From the IMG/VR virus record IMGVR_UViG_3300024264_000009: a DNA stretch of 57,457 nt. One strand, given 5' to 3'. The DNA comes from an uncultured virus (IMG/VR IMGVR_UViG_3300024264_000009) (lineage: Duplodnaviria; Heunggongvirae; Uroviricota; Caudoviricetes). The position numbers and the translations under genes were made by a program. Below the pieces are notes generated by a model. That model saw only the letters and a program-made list of their open reading frames with translations. It searched no databases and was not told the DNA's origin. Below are positions 38,199 to 46,888 of the stretch, piece after piece. The stretch's first letter is position 1; every line of letters starts with the position of its first letter.

Positions 38199-38470
38199 TA
38201 TCCTTCAAGTTCTCCGAGTTCGTAAGTAGTATCATAACCACCTTTTCTCATAGTCCACATATCTTCGTATGAGTCAAGTGTATCTAAATCCATTATAAGT
38301 TCATTGATTGCATTTTGTTTATCGTCTGAAAGTTCTTCAATCTCATCTTCAAGGAAACACATGAACTCTTCTTCTGTGACTCCAATCTCTGTTAACATTT
38401 CTGCGTCAACTTCCTTTTGATTAGCAATCTTAGTTTGATGCCATTCGTTTTCTATAAATCTAATTCCCAT
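38198..38470 (-). CDS. Acidic hypothetical protein
   Basis: 90-aa D/E-rich ORF with SD. Confidence 0.75.
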   Translation of the reverse strand: MGIRFIENEWHQTKIANQKEVDAEMLTEIGVTEEEFMCFLEDEIEELSDDKQNAINELIMDLDTLDSYEDMWTMRKGGYDTTYELGELEG

Positions 38471-38472
38471 TC

Positions 38473-39156
38473 TTATACTCCGTATATGTTTTTATATCTG
38501 ACTCGTAAGTCGTTTAGTTTATCAACATAGTCAAGTGGGTCTGCAGAAAATATCTGAAAGGAGTTATGTCCTTCTATAGCTACTAGTGCAGTAATCTCTT
38601 CGATTGCTTGACCTGTTAGTTCTTCAACCATTATTGCATATGCAGTCATTTGGATAAACCAACTTTCTGCCATGTAATCCTCTTTGAATTTTGCACTGGT
38701 TTTGAAGTCTATGATACTTAACTGGTCGTTGAATATTCCAACACAATCTACACGTCCAGCCATTTGTAATACGTTTGAATAGAGTGGTGCTTCAAGTGCA
38801 ATCGGTATGACCTCGTCTAATACTGGTTGCATAGCTTTAAACATTCCTTCCTGTAGAACGTTGTCAAACTCTATAAATTCTTTTTCTCTTCTTAAATAAT
38901 CTTCTACTAATGAATGGAAGTTGGTTCCACGTTTAGTTGCTTGTGCAGTAATCTTGTTTGCAGTCTCTTCACCTACACGTTTTCTCCATAACTTAATATG
39001 GTCACGTGATAGTAGACCAGTGACACTCGTGACACTTGGGTAGTAGAAACTTTCGTCTGTATCAGTGTAGTATCTCTTACCATCTTTGTTTGTTGTTTTT
39101 AAATCTAATAACTCTAAGTCTGCTAAATCTACTAAGGTTGTTTTTAATTGTGTCAT
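38473..39156 (-). CDS. PD-(D/E)XK exonuclease (Cas4/lambda-exo-like)
   Basis: YPSVTSV; RGTNFH; AGRVDC; IIDFKTS; Q.TAYA. Confidence 0.88.
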   Translation of the reverse strand: MTQLKTTLVDLADLELLDLKTTNKDGKRYYTDTDESFYYPSVTSVTGLLSRDHIKLWRKRVGEETANKITAQATKRGTNFHSLVEDYLRREKEFIEFDNVLQEGMFKAMQPVLDEVIPIALEAPLYSNVLQMAGRVDCVGIFNDQLSIIDFKTSAKFKEDYMAESWFIQMTAYAIMVEELTGQAIEEITALVAIEGHNSFQIFSADPLDYVDKLNDLRVRYKNIYGV

Positions 39157-39165
39157 GTATCTATT

Positions 39166-39477
39166 TTACTTCTTTCTTGACTGTATGTCAATATGTTTTT
39201 TAATAGTATCTCTAGTCTGAACTTCTTTTGCAGACTTTCTATGATACCTTTCTCCCAGTGGAGTATCAATATTGTTAGAGGCAATCTTAGACATTACTTC
39301 TTGAAACCCACCATCAGTTTTAACTCTGTCTCCATGTCCACCAACTGTATCGGGTGCAGTGAGGATAACTTGTTTAAGGTGTGGATTGTCTTCTTTGAAT
39401 TGGTCTAACTTAGTGTATGACATAATTCTTTCTTCGATACAATCTGTTTCTAAATTTTGAAATGTGTAAGTAGGCAT
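39166..39477 (-). CDS. FmdB-like small protein
   Basis: MPTYTF.N..T; NPHLKQ; GFQEVMSKI. Confidence 0.7.
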   Translation of the reverse strand: MPTYTFQNLETDCIEERIMSYTKLDQFKEDNPHLKQVILTAPDTVGGHGDRVKTDGGFQEVMSKIASNNIDTPLGERYHRKSAKEVQTRDTIKKHIDIQSRKK

Positions 39478-39656
39478 TATATTTCTCTTGACTGTATATG
39501 TTTTTCTACAGTCTCAATAACTTGTGATTTGGAATACCAAAGACCACTGAACATTGATTCAGTTCCGTCTTCCCATTGAACGTGATATCTTTTATAACCG
39601 AATGGTCTATCTGAAAAGATTTTAATATCACCATAACTCTCAACTAACACTCTCAT
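39477..39656 (-). CDS. Hypothetical protein
   Basis: Start at 39656, ATGA-coupled with GAG SD. Confidence 0.65.
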   Translation of the reverse strand: MRVLVESYGDIKIFSDRPFGYKRYHVQWEDGTESMFSGLWYSKSQVIETVEKHIQSREI

Positions 39657-40192
39657 ACTATACTCATAAATTGTGGGACTGGTCTGTCTGTCCACCTTGC
39701 AAATTCTTTCTTGTAGATTGCATAGTATTTATGGTATGCATCAAGTGTTGATTCTGACTTAACATCTTCAGGCATACATTGAGGTGGTTCTGACCAATTC
39801 CCAAGTGGTATATTATGTGGTAATCTATTGAGTAGACCCCTAAGCTTAGTATCAGTTAAGTGTGTCTTACCATAACGATAAGTGTATTCATCACATAGTG
39901 CAGTAAACATATCGTATGCATACTGATATTGAATTGCATTTTCTCTGACCCAACGTGTAGAAGGGTGATTGATATGTGAAGCTTTGTATAGAACTTCGTC
40001 CATGTTAGAATTTTCTAGTTCCCATCTTTGGATTCTACGTCCACTAGAAGAATCTGTATATTGTTCTCCGTCTAACATTCTATGTGCAGTGGATAACATT
40101 TGTGCATACTCGATAATCATCTTAACGACATGTTTGTCACAATGCATCTCTGCAGATTGCACTGGGTCTTTGTGTAAGTAAAATAAATTCAT
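39653..40192 (-). CDS. Conserved phage protein, pyrimidine-dimer glycosylase (DenV)-related family
   Basis: MNLFYL..DP...A..HCDKHVVKMI.EYAQMLSTAH; HINHPS..W; LC.EY.YRYGK.H; PPQCMP. Confidence 0.7.
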   Translation of the reverse strand: MNLFYLHKDPVQSAEMHCDKHVVKMIIEYAQMLSTAHRMLDGEQYTDSSSGRRIQRWELENSNMDEVLYKASHINHPSTRWVRENAIQYQYAYDMFTALCDEYTYRYGKTHLTDTKLRGLLNRLPHNIPLGNWSEPPQCMPEDVKSESTLDAYHKYYAIYKKEFARWTDRPVPQFMSIV

Positions 40193-40527
40193 AGTTGTTT
40201 AATCTCCAATAAGAACTCTTCGACATTCTTCCATGTCAAGTGTCCGATAACATCTTCAGTTATACCACTAGTATAACACAACTCTTCTCCTTCGAGAACC
40301 GCTAATTCCCACAAACCACTTTTACCACCATAACTTCCGTCATGTTTAACTATCGAAGCACCATAACCATTTGGAAATTTGTAGACATGTTGCACTCCAC
40401 CATGAACATAGTTAGTCTCTTTTAAAGACTTCCTAAAAGGACTGTCACTATTCTGACTTGCCTCTAAAGGATTTAACAATACTCTCTCTCGTCTTGAGAG
40501 TTGTGCATTTTCTTTTTTATCATACAT
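40189..40527 (-). CDS. Conserved hypothetical phage protein
   Basis: YKFPNGYGASIV...SYGG..GLWELAVL...ITEDVIGHL. Confidence 0.8.
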   Translation of the reverse strand: MYDKKENAQLSRRERVLLNPLEASQNSDSPFRKSLKETNYVHGGVQHVYKFPNGYGASIVKHDGSYGGKSGLWELAVLEGEELCYTSGITEDVIGHLTWKNVEEFLLEIKQL

Positions 40528-40681
40528 AATTTTCTCCTATCTTTATGTTGTCGTCATCATCAAATGGACAACCATTGTGTCCTATCATTGATTTGTTTTT
40601 TTGTTCTTCTCTCCACCTTAAAAAGTCTATTGCAACTTCTCTAGTTGTATGTGTTAGTGTTGATACCTTTTGTTTTTTCAT
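40520..40681 (-). CDS. Small hypothetical protein (53 aa; not in the ORF track)
   Basis: MKKQKVSTLTHTTREVAIDFLRWREE...; fills the gap and is ATGA-coupled. Confidence 0.6.
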   Translation of the reverse strand: MKKQKVSTLTHTTREVAIDFLRWREEQKNKSMIGHNGCPFDDDDNIKIGENYV

Positions 40682-41193
40682 TTGTAAAAGATGTGTTCGT
40701 TGATAACTACAGTCTCATTCAATGAGTCTGACCAATATGGATTAACGTATATACTATGGTAGTGTGTTGCACCTTCAGTGATATCTCCGTATTCACCTTG
40801 CACTACGTTCCTTGCAATGTTGAGTGAGGATAACCACGTTGGACTATCCACTGGGTCGTCTGACTTACCATCACAAAACCAACTGAACTGACATTGATTC
40901 CTTGCAGGAACTTCTTTACCTTTCCAGTTTGTTCTCCACTTTGTTTGATAGATAACACCACAAGCAGTTGCTGGGTAGTTAGGGTGTTCAGTCCTATTCA
41001 ACACTACTTGTGTCACTGCAATTTTACCTGCGAGTGGTTGATTACCTGCTTCAAAATAAATGTTTTGTGCAAGACAAAAAATCTCGTTGTTAGCATCTGA
41101 GGCTTCTATCTTCATTGATAATGCACCAGTTAGGAAACCTAGTAATGCACCAAATAGTAAATAGTAATATCTCATTTTTAATTCAGTCTTCAT
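40678..41193 (-). CDS. Cell-wall hydrolase, SleB/Hydrolase_2 family, with an N-terminal signal/TM
   Basis: CLAQNIYFEA; V.LNR; CQFSWFCDGK; GATHYH; HIFYK. Confidence 0.92.
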   Translation of the reverse strand: MKTELKMRYYYLLFGALLGFLTGALSMKIEASDANNEIFCLAQNIYFEAGNQPLAGKIAVTQVVLNRTEHPNYPATACGVIYQTKWRTNWKGKEVPARNQCQFSWFCDGKSDDPVDSPTWLSSLNIARNVVQGEYGDITEGATHYHSIYVNPYWSDSLNETVVINEHIFYK

Positions 41194-41201
41194 AATAACT
41201 C

Positions 41202-41288
41202 CTATAGTTGAAATAAAATTAATGATAAGAGAAATCCAAATAACATTCCCATCATAAAGGAATTCATCATATCGTTTTGATTATACAT
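41202..41288 (-). CDS. Tiny membrane peptide (28 aa)
   Basis: MYNQNDMMNSFMMGMLFGFLLSLILFQL; TAATG-coupled. Confidence 0.5.
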   Translation of the reverse strand: MYNQNDMMNSFMMGMLFGFLLSLILFQL

Positions 41289-41677
41289 TATGCAACTTCC
41301 CTTTGTCCGTTCCAGTTCTCACCATTACGATTAAAGTTGTCAACAATCATATCAACAACCTCTGTTGCATTGTAAGAAGTTCCACCGATATTCCATTGAC
41401 ATTCTTCGAGAGGAACATACCCATACTTCCATGCATAGATAGTGACTGTTTCATATTCCCAGTCGTCATAATCAATCTCGTCAACATTGTTTGCATCATA
41501 CCACTTTGCATCAATGACCCACTCACATGACACTTTGTCATATGGGTCTGCACTAGTGAACGTTGGAGGCCCCAACACTGCAACCAACCTGTCGTAGGTT
41601 GTAAATTTATATCCCTTTAGGGAAGTTCCACCCGATGTCATATCGGGAGAACAAACTTCGTAATCTTTAATTATCAT
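41288..41677 (-). CDS. Hypothetical early protein
   Basis: GTSLKG...TYDRLV..LG.P...DKV..EW...TIY.WK...WNIGG; AGGAG SD. Confidence 0.8.
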   Translation of the reverse strand: MIIKDYEVCSPDMTSGGTSLKGYKFTTYDRLVAVLGPPTFTSADPYDKVSCEWVIDAKWYDANNVDEIDYDDWEYETVTIYAWKYGYVPLEECQWNIGGTSYNATEVVDMIVDNFNRNGENWNGQREVA

Positions 41678-41685
41678 AATTTCTC

Positions 41686-42054
41686 CTATCTTAAATAATC
41701 GGGGCCGTATTTTCTCATACCACTAATTTGGTATCCATCGAAAAGGTTTCCCCTTGGTGCATTCAACGCTGGTGTATTCCAACCAGCAGACATTAATACG
41801 TCACCACATTTGAATGTGATTCCACTTGATTTAGTCCACTCTGATTTGTTAATGAATCCCCAAACTGAACGTTGGTTTCCACTGTTCATAATGACTTTGA
41901 TATATTTCCTAGACACTTTGTATTCATAAGAATACTCTGTTAGTGTTGGATATTGATTTAAGTGTTCCTTTAACAGGTCTGCAACAAGTTTGTCACATAG
42001 TTGTGTTAACTCTTGTTCGGTATTAACCTCGTTTACTAATTCTGAAAGTTTCAT
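41686..42054 (-). CDS. Hypothetical early protein
   Basis: RKYIKV...SVWGFI...GDVLMSAGWNTPALN.PRGN; ATG 42054 with AAGGAG SD behind an early promoter. Confidence 0.8.
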   Translation of the reverse strand: MKLSELVNEVNTEQELTQLCDKLVADLLKEHLNQYPTLTEYSYEYKVSRKYIKVIMNSGNQRSVWGFINKSEWTKSSGITFKCGDVLMSAGWNTPALNAPRGNLFDGYQISGMRKYGPDYLR

Positions 42055-42084
42055 ATTATCTCCTTGTTTTTTCATTATATACAT

Positions 42085-42114
42085 AGTATACCAAAAAGTG
42101 ACACCCATTGTCAA
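42085..42114 (-). promoter_or_regulatory. Early sigma70-type promoter TTGACA-18-TATACT
   Basis: TTGACAATGGGTGTCACTTTTTGGTATACT. Confidence 0.85.
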
Positions 42115-42119
42115 GTTTT

Positions 42120-42230
42120 TTACTTATCTTTTTTCTCCCATGGGAAGGGTTTGTTGATGTGTAATCCTACAAATACCATACTAAACATAATGATACATAG
42201 TAAGGTTCCACCTAAAAATCCAATTTCCAT
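42120..42230 (-). CDS. Small membrane peptide (36 aa)
   Basis: MEIGFLGGTLLCIIMFSMVFVGLHINKPFPWEKKDK with AGGAG SD. Confidence 0.65.
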   Translation of the reverse strand: MEIGFLGGTLLCIIMFSMVFVGLHINKPFPWEKKDK

Positions 42231-42238
42231 ATTATCTC

Positions 42239-42502
42239 CTAAAATTCGATAGGAATAGAAGGGTGGTCTATACCATACTCATCTAAGTAAGTGTAAACTG
42301 CTTCTGTTTCCATATCATTTAAATCTGAGAAGGATTTGAAACTAGTCCATGTAGTTCCAATAGTGACCAGTTTATTTCCAGCAGTCACAGCTGCATTCCA
42401 TAACTCATCATTCTTAGGGAATAGTTCATTCTTCTCTGCAAGTGTTATGAGATTTCTACCCATACGCACAATCTTGTCTTCGTGTCTAGTATAGATTGAC
42501 AT
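42239..42502 (-). CDS. Hypothetical early protein
   Basis: ATG 42502 directly after the upstream stop. Confidence 0.7.
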   Translation of the reverse strand: MSIYTRHEDKIVRMGRNLITLAEKNELFPKNDELWNAAVTAGNKLVTIGTTWTSFKSFSDLNDMETEAVYTYLDEYGIDHPSIPIEF

Positions 42503-42503
42503 A

Positions 42504-42701
42504 TTAACACCCACTCGTCATGTGTGCATATGCATCGGGACAATTCATTTCACCACACATACACATATTACCTTCTTCGATTGGTTCGGGTGCAAAGTCC
42601 ATGGGGTTAGTTGTTCCATACGTTGCAAGGTTAATTACATCTTCTGCAGTGTATTTACCCATTGTTTGTTTTGCAATTAGTTTTGCATGTTCTATATTCA
42701 T
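42504..42701 (-). CDS. Small Cys/His-containing early protein
   Basis: CMCGEMNCPDAYAHMTSGC; AAGGAG SD behind an early promoter. Confidence 0.75.
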   Translation of the reverse strand: MNIEHAKLIAKQTMGKYTAEDVINLATYGTTNPMDFAPEPIEEGNMCMCGEMNCPDAYAHMTSGC

Positions 42702-42730
42702 AGTGTTTCTCCTTGATTTTCTATACTACT

Positions 42731-42760
42731 AGTATACTAAAAAGAAGGGGTCATAGTCAA
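42731..42760 (-). promoter_or_regulatory. Early promoter TTGACT-18-TATACT
   Basis: TTGACTATGACCCCTTCTTTTTAGTATACT. Confidence 0.8.
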
Positions 42761-42785
42761 CCCCTTTTTCTTTTATGGATTATTT

Positions 42786-44099
42786 TTAAAATTTTTCCAA
42801 ATTAATTGAAAGAACTTCACTAAGTGTTTGATTAACTTGTTGCTGTTGTTGAACACCACACTTTGATAAACCCTTTGCAATACCACTAACTCTCTTTTGA
42901 GTTAGTTTTTGTCTTTCCTTCACAACCTTCTTTAGAGCCTTTTTCAGTTCTTTATGATTAAGAGAAATTTCCTTATTAGGTAATTCAGCGTCAAAATCTT
43001 CATGAGCATTTATTTGAGGATATGCAACTCCTAATTTAAAAACTTCTTCGATTTTCAAATTAGGATTATCTCTTGCAAAGTCCAAGAGTTTGTTAAAGAA
43101 ATCTTTTGTTTCATTATATTCGTCAACAATTCTTGCACGTGATAACCATGGGTTTTCCACGTTCATTGCAGAATCGACAACATAGACATTTGCAGTAGTT
43201 CCTATTCCACCAAAATCATCATAGGTTTCAATGTATCTTTTGATTGCATCATAGAAACTATTATCTGCATAACCTTTGGTGAAGGTAGTTCCGAAAGATT
43301 TAGTATGATTACTATATTTCATACTAAGTCCATACTTTGACCAAGGGTTTTTGTATTCTTTATGCAAGGACTTAATTGTTCCAGCAGTTAAACTTCTAAT
43401 TCTTGATTGAACTCCTAGACTTTCTAATATCAATTTGACTACCATTTTTTTAGTCGAAGTTGCACACTGACCCATTATTTCTTCAATAATTTGTTTCACT
43501 ACTTCTTCTTCTTTTGATTTTGGTATGTCATATTCACCTTTCTCTTTTCCTGTCATAACGTAGTTGACTACATCAACTGGTTTACCAAGTATTGCTTTAG
43601 GTGCATCTATATTAGATTTCAGTCCTATGATACCACATGCTCTGTAGTCTGCATCAACTACTTTAAATGCCATGTAAGATAAATCAATGTCTTGATAATA
43701 CTTACTTCTATGTGTTGCAGATATAGGTTCAAATTTAGATTTCTCTACATCTAAATTACCATCTTTATCTAACACTTTATGAGTGACTTTTAGATAACCG
43801 ATTGGTTTAGTAAAGTCAAAACCATTTTCAAATAGTTTTGGTAATTTATTTTCAAGGTAGTCATTGAACAAAGGCAACCCAGCTCTATACTTTTGAATAA
43901 TTTCTCCAGTTTGTGGGTGAATATCAAAAAAGATATTTTTTGTTGGGACGTTTAAGATACCAAAGTCTTCGTTCAATTTTGCAGATGGATATCTCTCATA
44001 TGAGAACATATCTGCATCTATACATGCTTGAATTTTTTCTTTGGGGGTTTTGTCAGATAGAAAGAGCTCTGACGGCGGCTCTGTATTTTTTGTTGGCAT
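42786..44099 (-). CDS. Hypothetical protein, possible ParB/Srx-like N-terminal domain
   Basis: 437 aa; GGAGG SD; PI...FEPISATHR resembles the ParB I.G.HR motif (weak). Confidence 0.6.
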   Translation of the reverse strand: MPTKNTEPPSELFLSDKTPKEKIQACIDADMFSYERYPSAKLNEDFGILNVPTKNIFFDIHPQTGEIIQKYRAGLPLFNDYLENKLPKLFENGFDFTKPIGYLKVTHKVLDKDGNLDVEKSKFEPISATHRSKYYQDIDLSYMAFKVVDADYRACGIIGLKSNIDAPKAILGKPVDVVNYVMTGKEKGEYDIPKSKEEEVVKQIIEEIMGQCATSTKKMVVKLILESLGVQSRIRSLTAGTIKSLHKEYKNPWSKYGLSMKYSNHTKSFGTTFTKGYADNSFYDAIKRYIETYDDFGGIGTTANVYVVDSAMNVENPWLSRARIVDEYNETKDFFNKLLDFARDNPNLKIEEVFKLGVAYPQINAHEDFDAELPNKEISLNHKELKKALKKVVKERQKLTQKRVSGIAKGLSKCGVQQQQQVNQTLSEVLSINLEKF

Positions 44100-44126
44100 A
44101 ATGCCTCCTGTTTTATAATTCGAAGA

Positions 44127-44230
44127 TTCCTTTGCAATTGAAAGGGAAAATCAAATTGATTAATTTGATTAGATTTTTTTTCTAACCTATAGTATACATT
44201 GTATACTAACCTCTAAGATATGTCTAGAGG
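44127..44230. repeat. Cluster of five adjacent inverted repeats
   Basis: TTCCTTT/AAAGGGAA, AATCAAATT/AATTTGATT, TTAGA/TCTAA, TAGTATACA/TGTATACTA, CCTCTA/TAGAGG. Confidence 0.7.
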
Positions 44231-44472
44231 GTTTTTTGTATTTCATCTAACTCTGCAATCTTCTTGTTGATAATCTCAATCCTATTAGGCCAGTAGATGT
44301 ATTCCTTATCTGAATCCTTTGCAAGATTCTCAAGGAGTGGTCTAATAAAGTTATCTAAGTTTTTGATAACTTCAGTTGCAGTTGTGGTCTTTTCTATTAT
44401 CTTAGTGTCAACTGACGCAAGTTCGTCAGCGTCCATTGCAGTAAAACCGAAGTCGTTGTATTCTATACTCAT
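44224..44472 (-). CDS. Conserved hypothetical T4-like protein
   Basis: DFGFTAMD.DEL...PLLENL.KD..KEYIYWPNR. Confidence 0.8.
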   Translation of the reverse strand: MSIEYNDFGFTAMDADELASVDTKIIEKTTTATEVIKNLDNFIRPLLENLAKDSDKEYIYWPNRIEIINKKIAELDEIQKTL

Positions 44473-44476
44473 AGTA

Positions 44477-45058
44477 TTATTTAGTAAACCTATCCATGTC
44501 TCTGAGTGTTTCTTTGTCACTCTGAACACTTTGGTAGTTTGCATGTGCTTGTAGTGTCACGTCTGCAATCTCATAGTCGGGATAGGACGTAATCAGTTTG
44601 TAGATAAGTCCAGCAACGTCTTGGTGTTTGACACTAGGTAGATTCTCATCGTTGAGAAGACCTAAATTGATTGTGGTCATTTTATATCTCTTCTTAGAAT
44701 TGTATTGTAGATTGTTTGCAAGGTGATTGAGTTGTGCTTTCTCACTTGCATACATATAACCTTTTGATATGTTTGGTTGACTTGCACGACTGGAGATATT
44801 GATAATGTATTTTGTCTTCTCACCTTCCCACGCTTCATGTGCAATGGATAGAATCTTTGCTTGGTCTTCATGTGCAAGATTGATTAGAACATCAGCAGGT
44901 TGATAACCACCGAATACCCAACAGTTCCTTCCATTCATTGTAATGTCTTCACATCTGATTGGGTCTACTCTAAAGGTGTTCCCTATATGTGGTGTTGCTT
45001 CTAGTGTGTCTTTAATTATCTTTGCAAGACCACTACTTCCTGTTATTGCTATTCTCAT
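44477..45058 (-). CDS. Short-chain dehydrogenase/reductase-like protein
   Basis: IAITGSSGLA; VLINLA; IINISS; YASEK (YxxxK). Confidence 0.8.
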   Translation of the reverse strand: MRIAITGSSGLAKIIKDTLEATPHIGNTFRVDPIRCEDITMNGRNCWVFGGYQPADVLINLAHEDQAKILSIAHEAWEGEKTKYIINISSRASQPNISKGYMYASEKAQLNHLANNLQYNSKKRYKMTTINLGLLNDENLPSVKHQDVAGLIYKLITSYPDYEIADVTLQAHANYQSVQSDKETLRDMDRFTK

Positions 45059-45564
45059 TATTCAATCCAATCTATATTAATATTCACTCTGATATTTTCG
45101 TCTGTCTGTCCGACACTACGATGTTTAATATCTCCATTGAAGACAACTAAAGAATTTTCAATTGATTCTAATTTAGTTCCGTCTTCTAATTCTGTATAAC
45201 CATTGCAAGTGTTTATACCTAAAATCCCAACTGTATGTTGTTCATTCATATCCACATGATATCTACACATAGGATAATTTTCTTGACCTCTAAGTGTCTG
45301 TCTTGGGTGACAGTTTATTTTCATACGAATTAATTTAGTCATAGGTATCCGACTTACTATTGGAACACCTATCTCTTGAAACATTCCAGTGTCATCAACT
45401 TCTTCATCATTCACTATGACTGTTGCAAAAAGAAACCCCTCTGTATCTTGGGGGTCTGTCATTGCATGTCTATAAAACCATGGGAAGCTTCCACCCATTA
45501 AGTCTTTCTGTAAATTTTCGAATATCTCTCTTGGTAGAAAGTTATCTATTCTTTGGTGATTCAT
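45058..45564 (-). CDS. 2OG-Fe(II) oxygenase
   Basis: IDNFL; FPWFY; HVD...NTCNGYT...H...RVNININ-like C-terminus. Confidence 0.85.
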   Translation of the reverse strand: MNHQRIDNFLPREIFENLQKDLMGGSFPWFYRHAMTDPQDTEGFLFATVIVNDEEVDDTGMFQEIGVPIVSRIPMTKLIRMKINCHPRQTLRGQENYPMCRYHVDMNEQHTVGILGINTCNGYTELEDGTKLESIENSLVVFNGDIKHRSVGQTDENIRVNINIDWIE

Positions 45565-46468
45565 AATAATCTTTTATAATATCAAATGACGGCTTACCAA
45601 ATAAACTTCCGTCTACACTACACTTATTACACGGGGACATACTTCTGTCTCCCTTCATAAGTTTCTTTCTAATCTTTGTCATAGGTTTAGAAAACCATAC
45701 GTCATGTAATGACATAGTCAATAGATTCCCTACGACATGTTCTCTTCCCCAATCATTACTACAGAACAATACGTCTCCGTTCCAATCAACAAACATTTTA
45801 TAGAATGGGTAGTGACATGGTTTACCTTTTAGATTCTCTACAGTGTCGTCTTCAACACCAACCCAATCAACGACACCACTACGATTGTTAAGTATCAGTC
45901 CGTGTTTCTCAAAGTCACCCCAATGCATTCTGTATCTGTATCGGTCTTCATGCACTCTTGCTTCAGCCATCATAGTGTCGAAGTGTTCCATTTGTTCTAT
46001 CCCGTCATACAGATTAATGTAGAGTAAATCTAATCCACTCTTATACAATCCGTTAATGTAATCTATGTCTAACTTATCTCCGTTAGTATTACACTCCAGT
46101 GTTGCATAAGGTAAGTTATATCTAAACACCTTTACGATTTCTATGAAGTCGGGGTTAAGTAAGTTCTCACCAAACCCACTAAAGGATATCTTACCTCTGA
46201 ATCCATTCTCTGCAAGTTCTTCTGCAATCGTTGATGCACCTTTAATGGTTAAGTGTAGGTTTCTGTTAGGGAAAACTTTAGGGTCGTGTCGTGGACAAAA
46301 CACACAAGTTCTATTACAAAGTTCTGTAGTGTTAATCTCTACAGTGAGAATAGAATCTAAAGGTGACTTACCTTGGACTGAGTTCCAATGGAGTGCTTCC
46401 TGTTTTTTCCTATGTTCAAGAAAATCGAATTGGTCAACTGCTGTAATTGGGATATTTCTAGATTCCAT
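45542..46468 (-). CDS. Radical SAM enzyme with SPASM/twitch domain
   Basis: CNRTCVFC (CxxxCxxC); SGFGE; TNG; C..PF...GDV..C..D...VGN...C.KC. Confidence 0.93.
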   Translation of the reverse strand: MESRNIPITAVDQFDFLEHRKKQEALHWNSVQGKSPLDSILTVEINTTELCNRTCVFCPRHDPKVFPNRNLHLTIKGASTIAEELAENGFRGKISFSGFGENLLNPDFIEIVKVFRYNLPYATLECNTNGDKLDIDYINGLYKSGLDLLYINLYDGIEQMEHFDTMMAEARVHEDRYRYRMHWGDFEKHGLILNNRSGVVDWVGVEDDTVENLKGKPCHYPFYKMFVDWNGDVLFCSNDWGREHVVGNLLTMSLHDVWFSKPMTKIRKKLMKGDRSMSPCNKCSVDGSLFGKPSFDIIKDYYESPKNR

Positions 46469-46471
46469 GGT

Positions 46472-46888
46472 TTAACAGAGACTACACTTGATGTGTCTTT
46501 CTGTTCCTGTTTGTTTTTCACTTTGATATTCATAACGAATTTTATCTCCTATATTAAAAAAGTTAGAGGGATATGCAATGAACACTGAACATGTTAACTC
46601 GTCTAGTTGTTCACTCATAGGATTTCCTCCAATCTTATAATAGTATGTAGGTAGATAGTTAGGGGGTGTTTTGGTATCTAAGTGTAGACATGATATAAGA
46701 AGAGAGTTATCTTCTTCATACACAATTACTTCTTCCTTATAAAGAAGACCACTCTTCATGGCGTATGCATAAGGGATTTCTAAACGAATTCCCTCATGGT
46801 TTAATTGTGATTGATATCTAGGACTTACTGGGTGAATAGGTTTTACTTCTGAATCTTTAGAAGTATCCACCATCTCGTCTATCATCAT
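46472..46888 (-). CDS. Hypothetical protein
   Basis: 138-aa ORF filling the operon gap; start uncertain. Confidence 0.65.
   Translation of the reverse strand: MMIDEMVDTSKDSEVKPIHPVSPRYQSQLNHEGIRLEIPYAYAMKSGLLYKEEVIVYEEDNSLLISCLHLDTKTPPNYLPTYYYKIGGNPMSEQLDELTCSVFIAYPSNFFNIGDKIRYEYQSEKQTGTERHIKCSLC

Noticed and set aside
38473..39156. Cas4 implying a CRISPR system
   Set aside because: This is the stand-alone exonuclease common in marine T4-like phages; it lacks the Cas4 Fe-S cysteine set and there is no array.
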